51,007 bases of DNA. Origin: Actinomycetales bacterium (GTDB lineage: Bacteria; Actinomycetota; Actinomycetes; Actinomycetales; CAVURS01). How positions within the stretch are numbered: the first letter of the stretch is position 1; each line of letters opens with the position of its first letter. Positions 19,001 through 25,640 of the stretch are shown here, in pieces. The notes under the pieces were generated by a model that was not told where the DNA came from, made no database searches, and saw only the letters and a program-made list of their open reading frames with translations. The DNA is taken from the NCBI GenBank assembly GCA_045807245.1, contig JBJMHS010000052.1, positions 1-51,007 of the forward strand, in the 5' to 3' direction. The position numbers and the translations under genes were made by a program.

Positions 19001-19969
19001 GTCGACGTCTTGCAAGGTCTGCTGCGCGACGGCGCGGCGGTAGGGATCCGCGTGGCGGTGACAGGTGATCGCGGCCTGCTCGTCTCCCGTCTGGCATCCC
19101 TGATCCGCGACAAGGTAGTGCTGCGACTGAGCGAGCCGACCGATCTGATGCTGGCCGGAATCCCCCGGTCGGCGCTGCCGGGCCGACAGCCACCCGGACG
19201 GGGCGTGCGGGTGGTCGACCTCGCGGAAGTTCAGCTCGCCCTCCTGACCGCCGACCGGTCCGGCCCGGCGCAGCTAGCCGCCCTGCGCGCCATCGGGGAA
19301 GCCGCTGCGCAGCGAGGAGCCGCCCCCGACGGCCGACTGATCCGGCTCGAGCCGTTGCCCGACCTTGTGCGGGCAGAGCACCTGATGCGGGTCGTCCAGC
19401 CTCGACGAGGCTGGGTGCCCATCGGTATCGGTGGCGATGGCGCCCAACCGTTGGGGCTGGACCTGGACGGCACGTCCGCACTCGTCGCGGGGCCACCAAG
19501 GAGCGGACGGTCAACCGTCCTGCGGACGGTGGCGATGTCCTTGGCCCGCGCCGGCGAACACGTCGTGACGGTCACAGTCGAGGACGATCCGAGCGACGTC
19601 CGCGCCACGATCGACCTCACATCACGCTGCTTCGTGCTGGTCGACGACGTCGAGCGCCTGGCCGACACTGAGACCGAAGACGTTGTGCTGCAATGGTTCA
19701 AGAACCTCCGTCACGCTGCAGGCGGTCTGGTGGTTGCGGGAACCTCCGCCGACATCGCCGCGAGCTTTCGAGGGTTGGCCACCGTGGCCCGACGGGGTGG
19801 TCAGGGCGTCCTGCTCGGCCCGACGTCACCCCTGGATGGCGACCTGCTCGGCGTCCGGCTGGACCCACCGCCGGTGGTGCGTCGTCCCGGCCGCGGCGTC
19901 CTGGTCAGCGCCGGCCACGTCACCCCGATCCAGGTCGCCACGATGACCTTGACACCCGGTGCGGAATAG
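16007..19969 (+). CDS. EccC/FtsK-SpoIIIE family protein with an N-terminal TM hairpin and three P-loop ATPase domains
   Basis: DGPHILVGGTTGSGKSELLQT, DYKGGAAF, IDEF, GRSLGVHL.LATQRP; later P-loops GSLRTGRT and GPPRSGRS; LWER...DFL motif. Confidence 0.9.
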   Translation: MRLWVTLADRDGTLTDVLVHCPAGTTFGELRGRLSLGQGSTEVGFRYVGPVELSDDAPVGLPPLLDGVVISVTASSASWASTSAGPIISGKPSAATSFDGLGHILVNRSPRTRPPAPKREIHFPERPKSTPKSRIPALAASVPLLLSVIVAWVQQSPTYLLFGLMSPAMIVSSAAGDRLTGRRTWRSSLRTWAAARDAADASLTKALAAEAAWRHAVHPDLEVLGEAAARPTTQLWERGRSDDDFLALRVGVGSRPARVSATGDGGPAGRRLTVDDVPVTVGLTSLGVLGVCGDSEEVRQLVRSLVAQVAGWHSPRDVRLTLLASDTVQLREWAWVGLLPHARENDSVDVLCGVGSLAVEGQVRARVTELEAVLDERLGSTRGQPDTGPFPRHVLVLVGAGRLRGVPGVARLLSYGPEAGLTAICVDIDRADLPHECWAVVEVLGADATRRSAATVTGRDGETARVVPDQVGAGWADRFARALAPLRDATPSAAGTVPDQVNLVDLVTRDALEPAGLARRWTARPRSTTCVLGMGADGVFAVDLCHDGPHILVGGTTGSGKSELLQTLIASLAVGNAPDQLGFVLVDYKGGAAFAECDLLPHALGLVTDLDAHLAERALTSLTAELTRRERILSAAGVKDIDDYLAQGSRDDAWMPRLVLVIDEFRMLAEELPAFLEGVVRIAALGRSLGVHLVLATQRPAGVITADIAANVNLRIALRVRDRTDSEDVIESREAAAISPRTPGRALARSGPNPPVMFQGARIAGSAGGPARLDALRLSTESLGQPLPRPTRGSRGETDLAALVRSLRAASDRLGIRPAPRPWLPPLPDIVTLDQLTAPNGGWHAPYGVVDLPEQQAQRTVTWDLALDAHLLLVGSLRTGRTSALRTIAGSLAARFDARHVHLHAVDGGSGGLAALRQLPQAGVVAAAEEVGRCLRLLDLLAEEAVRRRALLGSAGLASLAEQHQYADPADHLPYLVLLVDGWETVAAQWDTVDHGRPVDVLQGLLRDGAAVGIRVAVTGDRGLLVSRLASLIRDKVVLRLSEPTDLMLAGIPRSALPGRQPPGRGVRVVDLAEVQLALLTADRSGPAQLAALRAIGEAAAQRGAAPDGRLIRLEPLPDLVRAEHLMRVVQPRRGWVPIGIGGDGAQPLGLDLDGTSALVAGPPRSGRSTVLRTVAMSLARAGEHVVTVTVEDDPSDVRATIDLTSRCFVLVDDVERLADTETEDVVLQWFKNLRHAAGGLVVAGTSADIAASFRGLATVARRGGQGVLLGPTSPLDGDLLGVRLDPPPVVRRPGRGVLVSAGHVTPIQVATMTLTPGAE

Positions 19970-19978
19970 GTTGGCGAC

Positions 19979-20656
19979 GTGACCGAGGAACCCCGGAACT
20001 GGTCCGACCGCGCGGACGAGCTGGCCGCGGATGCCATCGCGGCGGGTGAGCCGACGGCATGGTTCGAGCAGCTGTACGCCGAGGGCGTGGCCGGCTCGAC
20101 CGCGTTGGCCTGGGACCGCGAGACGGCCAACCCGCTCATGCTGCAGTGGTTCGACGAGCACCAGGACCTGCGCGAGGGAAGCGGGAAGAAGGCCGTCGTC
20201 GTCGGTGCCGGGCTGGGTGCCGACGCGGCACGCGTCGCGAGCCTCGGCTACGACACCACCGCGTTCGACGTCTCCCCGACCGCCGTCCGACTCGCAAGCG
20301 AGCGCGTCCACGGCGTCCATTTCCAGATCGCGGACCTGTTCGAGCTGCCCGCCGAATGGCGCCGTTCGTTCGACCTCGTCGTCGAGATCTACACCGTGCA
20401 AGCGCTACCGCGAGACCTCCGCACGCGGGCAGTCGCCGCCGTCCGCGACCTGCTCGCAACCGGCGGGACGGCCTGCGTGATCCAGGCCAGCCTCGGCCGA
20501 GGCGACTCCGCTGACGACGGCCCGCCCTGGCCGTTCACCCGGGACGAGATCGACCAGTTCGCCGGCGAGGGCGTCGAGCTCGCCGACCTCCAGCCGGTCG
20601 CCTCTGACGGCGGCCCCTTCGCCACCCACTGGATGGCCACCCTCACCCGCCGCTGA
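19979..20656 (+). CDS. Class I SAM-dependent methyltransferase (TPMT-like)
   Basis: VVGAGLGADA, FDVSPTAV, FDLVVEIYTVQ, GPPWP. Confidence 0.88.
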   Translation: MTEEPRNWSDRADELAADAIAAGEPTAWFEQLYAEGVAGSTALAWDRETANPLMLQWFDEHQDLREGSGKKAVVVGAGLGADAARVASLGYDTTAFDVSPTAVRLASERVHGVHFQIADLFELPAEWRRSFDLVVEIYTVQALPRDLRTRAVAAVRDLLATGGTACVIQASLGRGDSADDGPPWPFTRDEIDQFAGEGVELADLQPVASDGGPFATHWMATLTRR

Positions 20657-20837
20657 CCTCCGTTTCATCGTCGGACGCCGGGTCCGCACTCTGGCGCCGG
20701 TCCTGGAAGGCGCGCCGCTCCGGCAGCCCCTTCTCGATTCGGGTCAGGTCGATCAGCTGTCGCCGGTCAGCCGACCGCCGGTCGTCGGTCGCACGCCGTT
20801 CGACGTCCTGGTCATCGGCCGCTTCGGAGTCGCTCAC
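20643..20837 (-). CDS. Unannotated 64-aa charged protein with tandem [DE]RR repeats
   Basis: MSDSEAADDQDVERRATDDRRSADRRQLIDLTRIEKGLPERRAFQDRRQSADPASDDETEVSGG. High GC3; fills an otherwise empty gap; GATCAT hexamer 6 nt before the GTG. Confidence 0.55.
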   Translation of the reverse strand: MSDSEAADDQDVERRATDDRRSADRRQLIDLTRIEKGLPERRAFQDRRQSADPASDDETEVSGG

Positions 20838-20894
20838 GACGACATGATCGGTGCTGGGTCGGGCTCCCCGCCAGGTCCTGGCAGGATGCGAGCC

Positions 20895-21431
20895 ATGAGC
20901 GGGCAGTCCCCACCGGCAACGCACGTGACGCAGGAGTGGCGGATCCGCGATGCGGAGCCGGGCGACGTCGCGCGGATCGCCGAGATGGTGCGCGAGCTCG
21001 CGACGTACGAGAAGGAGGTCGACCAGGTTGAGTCGACCGCCGAGTCGTTCGCCGAGCTGATGTTCCCCGCCGACGGCCGCACGCCGATGGCCTTCTGCCT
21101 GCTGGCCGACGTCAAGGCCGAGGACGGCGAGTGGCGCAGCGTGGGCTTCGCCGCCTGGTACGTCACCTTCTCCACCTGGACCGGCCAGAACGGCATCTGG
21201 CTCGAGGACCTGTTCGTCGCCCCGGACGCCCGCGGCCTCGGCCTGGGCAAGGCGCTGCTGGCCCGGCTGGCCCAGATCGCGATCGAGCGCCGGTACTCGC
21301 GGGTGGAGTGGTGGGTCCTGCGCTGGAACGAGCCGGCGCTCGGCTTCTACCAGCGGCTCGGCGCTCACGACCTGGACGAGTGGGTCCACTACCGCATCGA
21401 CCGCGATGAGCTGCAGGCCCTTGGCTCCTAG
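20895..21431 (+). CDS. GNAT acetyltransferase (diamine/spermidine acetyltransferase-like)
   Basis: RELATYEK, FSTWTGQNGIWLEDLFV, EWWVLRWNEPA. Confidence 0.9.
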   Translation: MSGQSPPATHVTQEWRIRDAEPGDVARIAEMVRELATYEKEVDQVESTAESFAELMFPADGRTPMAFCLLADVKAEDGEWRSVGFAAWYVTFSTWTGQNGIWLEDLFVAPDARGLGLGKALLARLAQIAIERRYSRVEWWVLRWNEPALGFYQRLGAHDLDEWVHYRIDRDELQALGS

Positions 21432-22050
21432 CCGGCGTCGTACTCGCCGCGCCGTCCCCCTCGCCGCCGCGGCCCTCTGCGTCGTGGTCCCGTCGGCCTG
21501 CGGCTACCAGCCCGTGCCCCCCGACCGGCTCGTGCTCGGCAACCAGCCGGTGTACCAGCACTGCGCGGCGCCGCAGAAGGGCGGGCGCACCTGGGCCAAG
21601 ATCCAGAACTCGCAGACCGAGTTCGGGCTCGACGACCTGGTGATCAAGGGCGACCAGCCGATCGTCGTGACCAAGGTCGACCTCGTCCCGCGCACCTCAC
21701 GCCTGCACCTGACCGACGTGGCGTTCGTGCCGCTCGGGGGGTCGGTCGAGAGCGGCTTCGAGTTCGGCGACGTACGGGCGGTCGCCGACAAAGCCGCATG
21801 GGACAAGCGCTCTGTGCTGCCCGCCATCCTGACCAAGCTCCATCCGAGCGCGGCCATCAAGGCCGACTTCCCCGACACCGCCGACCAGTGGCAGGTCGTC
21901 GTCGCGGTGCAGCCCACCGGCGAGAACGACACGGCCGACGCGGTCGCACTGACCTACACCGTGGGCGGACGGACCTCGGTGCTGGTCGGGCGCCACTCGT
22001 TCGCCGTCGCCAAGACGCAGGCCGAGTGCAACAAGGACACCGGTGGCTGA
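21406..22050 (+). CDS. Hypothetical lipoprotein (start uncertain)
   Basis: Arg-rich N-terminus, hydrophobic stretch, lipobox-like VPSA-C; GC3-rich codons. Confidence 0.6.
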   Translation: MSCRPLAPSRRRTRRAVPLAAAALCVVVPSACGYQPVPPDRLVLGNQPVYQHCAAPQKGGRTWAKIQNSQTEFGLDDLVIKGDQPIVVTKVDLVPRTSRLHLTDVAFVPLGGSVESGFEFGDVRAVADKAAWDKRSVLPAILTKLHPSAAIKADFPDTADQWQVVVAVQPTGENDTADAVALTYTVGGRTSVLVGRHSFAVAKTQAECNKDTGG

Positions 22051-22549
22051 CGAACCCCGAGCCAAGCCCGTGTCCCACGGCTCGATCGACCCCGACGTCG
22101 ACCTGCACGACGCGGAGCAGCGCGACGAGCTGCACCATCACCACCCCAAGATCCTGGGCTCCATCGCTCTCGGTGGCGTGATCGGCGCCGAGGCGCGCTA
22201 CGGCTTGGCGCTGGCGATCCCTCATGCCGCCCGCAGCTTCCCCTGGGCGACCACGGCCACGAACCTCTCCGGCTGCCTGCTCATCGGCGCCCTCATGGCC
22301 GTGCTGGCCGGCCGCGCGCGCAGGCCACGGCTGGCCCGGCCGTTCCTCGGCGTCGGGATCCTCGGCGGGTTCACGACCTTCTCGACGTACGCGCTCGACC
22401 TGCGCGAGCTGCTGGGCCACCACCATCCGGCGACGGCCGCGGCGTACCTGCTGGTGACTCTGGCGGGAGGGGTGCTGGCCGTCGTGCTGGGACTCCGCGT
22501 CACCGAAACTCTGCTGCCCGCCCGCAGCGATGCCCAGGCGCCGGCATGA
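22043..22549 (+). CDS. crcB: Fluoride channel Fluc/CrcB, subunit 1
   Basis: GGVIGAEARY, FPWAT...NLSGC, GILGGFTTFST. Confidence 0.93.
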   Translation: MADEPRAKPVSHGSIDPDVDLHDAEQRDELHHHHPKILGSIALGGVIGAEARYGLALAIPHAARSFPWATTATNLSGCLLIGALMAVLAGRARRPRLARPFLGVGILGGFTTFSTYALDLRELLGHHHPATAAAYLLVTLAGGVLAVVLGLRVTETLLPARSDAQAPA

Positions 22550-22908
22550 CCGGCGTCCTCGTCGTCGCCGCGGGAGCGGCCGTCGGCGCGCCCCTGCGTT
22601 ACCTGACCGACCGCGCCGTCCAGAGCCGGCACGAGTCCGACTTCCCGTTCGGCACGCTGCTGGTGAACGTCGTCGCGTGCCTGGCCCTCGGGTTCGTCAC
22701 CGGCGTGTCCGGCGTGTCGACGACCGCGCTCGCCCTCGTCGGCACCGGCTTCTGCGGAGCGCTCAGCACGTACAGCACCTACAGCTTCGAGACCGTCCGG
22801 CTGGCCGAGGACGGCGAGTGGGGCGCGGCCGCGCTCAACGTCCTGGTGAGCGTGGCCGCCGGGCTGGCCGCCGCGTCAGTGGGGGTCTGGCTCGGCGGGC
22901 TGGTCTGA
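22546..22908 (+). CDS. crcB: Fluoride channel Fluc/CrcB, subunit 2
   Basis: GAAVGAPLRY, FPFGTLLVN, GFCGALSTYSTYSFE. Confidence 0.93.
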   Translation: MTGVLVVAAGAAVGAPLRYLTDRAVQSRHESDFPFGTLLVNVVACLALGFVTGVSGVSTTALALVGTGFCGALSTYSTYSFETVRLAEDGEWGAAALNVLVSVAAGLAAASVGVWLGGLV

Positions 22909-23337
22909 CCCGGCGTCGGGCATCGGCGCCTCGGCGAACATCAACACCAGCGTCGTGGCGACGACGGCCAGCTCGGGGATCGCCGCCCACCAGTGCCCGA
23001 ACTGCCAGAGCCGGAACCCGAACGGCAGCCCGACCAGCTGCAGCGTCGCCCCCAGGCTGTGCGCCCAGCGCCGGCGGCGGGCCACCCCCCGCCCGACCAG
23101 GGCCAGGATCACCGTCGCCACGGCCGCGAGGGCGATCTCGAACAGGACATATCCGGCACCGGTCTGCCGCCGGTCGACCGCGAGCGCGATGGCGTAGCCC
23201 ACAGTGACGACCGCCATAGCGACCGTCTCGAGGGCGACCAGACCGACCAGCAGCCGCCGACGGAGCGGATCCGCGGGCGCATCCGCAGGATCGCCGATCG
23301 GCTCGGGGCTGGGGTCGCGCATGGGGCGGGAGGGCAC
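22876..23337 (-). CDS. Conserved integral membrane protein upstream of whiB1
   Basis: Four hydrophobic segments and RRRWAHS...LQL; TAGCGT hexamer 6 nt before the GTG. Confidence 0.7.
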   Translation of the reverse strand: MPSRPMRDPSPEPIGDPADAPADPLRRRLLVGLVALETVAMAVVTVGYAIALAVDRRQTGAGYVLFEIALAAVATVILALVGRGVARRRRWAHSLGATLQLVGLPFGFRLWQFGHWWAAIPELAVVATTLVLMFAEAPMPDAGSDQPAEPDPH

Positions 23338-23626
23338 GGCGCGACGCTACCGGGTCGGACATCGGCGCAGGTCACAGGCCGTTTCGAGCCCTGGCTCGTC
23401 CGACGCGGGCGGACCGAAGCGGGCCGGCGGAACGTGCCCAACGGCTGACGGTGTGACGCACTCGGCACGCCGTTTCGTCACGAAACCGTCTTGTGCCCGG
23501 GCTCGGGCGGTAGCAGGCTGGACAACGAGTATGAGCGGGGCAAGGAACACTCCACCCGCATTGCACGTTGCGCGTCGTGGAGTGATCGTGAAGAAGGTGC
23601 CTGAACTCTTGAGTGTGGTGAGCGCT

Positions 23627-23642
23627 CGTGAAATCATGCACA
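23627..23642 (+). promoter_or_regulatory. Possible CRP/GlxR-type site upstream of whiB1
   Basis: CGTGA-N6-GCACA matches the TGTGA-N6-TCACA consensus at 8/10. Confidence 0.35.
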
Positions 23643-23784
23643 AGCAAGGGGACCAGTGTCAGGCCCAGAACCAACCGCTCAATGACGAGCTCCGAACGCG
23701 GTCGTGACACCCGACGAACCACACGATGAGCAACCAGAGACGCACACGATGACACAGACGATGAGCAAGGGGAGCACGATCTCG

Positions 23785-24033
23785 ATGGACTGGCGCAACC
23801 GCGCTGCCTGCCTGGACGAGGACCCGGAGCTGTTCTTCCCGATCGGGAACACCGGGCCCGCCCTGACGCAGATCGAGGAGGCCAAGGCAGTCTGCCGACG
23901 CTGTGAAGTGATCGACACCTGCCTGAAGTGGGCGCTGGAGTCCGGCCAGGACGCCGGCGTCTGGGGCGGCCTGTCCGAGGACGAGCGACGGGCCCTCAAG
24001 CGCCGTAACGCTCGCGCGCGTCGGGCCGGCTGA
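23785..24033 (+). CDS. whiB1: WhiB1/WblE Fe-S transcriptional regulator
   Basis: MDWRNRAACLDEDPELFFPIGNTGPA, CxxC, GVWGGLSEDERR; adjacent to pdtaS. Confidence 0.95.
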   Translation: MDWRNRAACLDEDPELFFPIGNTGPALTQIEEAKAVCRRCEVIDTCLKWALESGQDAGVWGGLSEDERRALKRRNARARRAG

Positions 24034-24058
24034 ACGAAGGCAGACAGAGACGACCAGC

Positions 24059-24087
24059 GAGGCCCCGACCACCGCGGTCGGGGCCTC
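24059..24087. terminator. Hairpin terminator between the convergent whiB1 and pdtaS genes
   Basis: Perfect 12-bp stem GAGGCCCCGACC / GGTCGGGGCCTC with a 5-nt loop. Confidence 0.75.
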
Positions 24088-24110
24088 CTCGTATGTCCAA
24101 GCACGTCAGC

Positions 24111-25610
24111 TCACGGTGGACCGACCGGGCGCGGATGCAGCTCTAGGCTGACGAGCGTGCCGCCGCCGTCGCGCGCGGCCCAGCCGATGGTCCCGCGCAG
24201 CTCGCGCACCAGGGCCTGCACGATCTGCGTCCCCAGGCCTGCGCGCGCAGGGTCGAAGGTGACGGGCATGCCCTGTCCGTCGTCCGCGACCTGCACCCGC
24301 AGCACGTCCTGACCGTCGTCGGCCAGCTCGCGCTCGGCCGACACCACGACCTCGCCGCGGCCGGGCTGCCCACCGTGCGCACCGTGCTCGATCGCGTTGG
24401 TCAGCAGCTCGGTCAGCACGAGCGACAGCGGCATCGCGTCCTCGGCCCGGAGCAGGCCGAACGACCCGGTGCGGGCGACGTGGACCCGCTCGCCGCGCCG
24501 GGCCACCTCCATGACCATGGTGAGGCTCTGGGCCGCGATGTCGTCGAAGGCCACCGTCTCGTCCAGGCCCTGCGACAGCGTCTGGTGGACCAGCGCGATC
24601 GCGCCGACCCGGCGTACAGCCTCCTCGAGCGCAGCGCGCCCCTCCGCGTCGTCCGGGAGCCGCCGCGCCTGCAGGCGCAGCAGCGCGGCGACGGTCTGCA
24701 AATTGTTCTTCACCCGGTGGTGGATCTCCCGGATGGTGGCGTCCTTGGTCATCAGCTCGCGCTCACGGCGGCGCAGCTCGCTCACGTCCCGCAGCAGGAC
24801 CAGCGCGCCGGTGCGCACCTCGTCGTGCACGATCGGGATGGCTCGGAGCGACAGCGTCGCACCGTTGGCCTCGAGCTCGGCCCGCCAAGGAGCGCGGCCG
24901 CGCACGACCAGCGCCAGGCTCTCGTCGACGCCGTCGCTGTCCTTGGTCAACGGCGTCACCACCTCGGCCAGGGAGGCGCCCATGACCTCGCCGGCGTGCC
25001 CGATCCGGTGCACCGCTGACACCGCGTTCGGGCTGGCGTACTCCACGACACCCTCGGCGTCGAGCCGGACGAAGCCGTCGCCGACCCGCGGTGCGCCTCG
25101 GCGCGAGCCGGTCGGGGCGCCGGCGATCGGGAACGTGCCGCCCGCGATCATCCGGGCCAGGTCGTCGGCCGCTGCCAGATAGCTCAGCTCGAGCCGGCTC
25201 GGCATCCGCGCCGTGGCCAGGTTCGTGTGCCGGGACAGGACAGCGATGGGCTGGCCGTGACGGACGACCGGGATCGCCTCCTCGCGGACCGGGACGTCCT
25301 CGTCGTGCCAGTCCGGGTCACGTTCGCGCAGGATCCGCGTCTCGTCGTACGCCGAGTCGATCTGCACCCGGCGGCCGCGCTCGACCCGCACGCCGACCTG
25401 GTCCTCGAAGAAGACCATCGGGCCGGTGACCGGGCGCACGTGCGCGCCGGCCACCCAGGCCCGGCCGCCCTCCTCGGGCAGCCACAGCACCAGGTCGGCG
25501 AACGACAGGTCGGACAGCAGCTGCCAGTCGCCGACCAGCAGGTGCAGCCACTCGGCGTCGCCGACCGACAAGGTGGTGCGGTCGCGCACCAGGTCGGCAA
25601 GTGTCGGCAC
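24111..25610 (-). CDS. pdtaS: PdtaS-type cytoplasmic GAF-PAS sensor histidine kinase
   Basis: DWQLLSDLSFADLVLW, GAPRVGDG, EIHHRVKNNLQ, GLGTQIV. Confidence 0.92.
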   Translation of the reverse strand: MPTLADLVRDRTTLSVGDAEWLHLLVGDWQLLSDLSFADLVLWLPEEGGRAWVAGAHVRPVTGPMVFFEDQVGVRVERGRRVQIDSAYDETRILRERDPDWHDEDVPVREEAIPVVRHGQPIAVLSRHTNLATARMPSRLELSYLAAADDLARMIAGGTFPIAGAPTGSRRGAPRVGDGFVRLDAEGVVEYASPNAVSAVHRIGHAGEVMGASLAEVVTPLTKDSDGVDESLALVVRGRAPWRAELEANGATLSLRAIPIVHDEVRTGALVLLRDVSELRRRERELMTKDATIREIHHRVKNNLQTVAALLRLQARRLPDDAEGRAALEEAVRRVGAIALVHQTLSQGLDETVAFDDIAAQSLTMVMEVARRGERVHVARTGSFGLLRAEDAMPLSLVLTELLTNAIEHGAHGGQPGRGEVVVSAERELADDGQDVLRVQVADDGQGMPVTFDPARAGLGTQIVQALVRELRGTIGWAARDGGGTLVSLELHPRPVGPP

Positions 25611-25640
25611 AGTCCGGAGCGTACGGCCCGGACGGCCGGC

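Noticed and set aside
21900..22043. Fluoride riboswitch upstream of crcB
   Set aside because: The region is coding (overlapping lipoprotein gene) and I see no recognisable riboswitch consensus.
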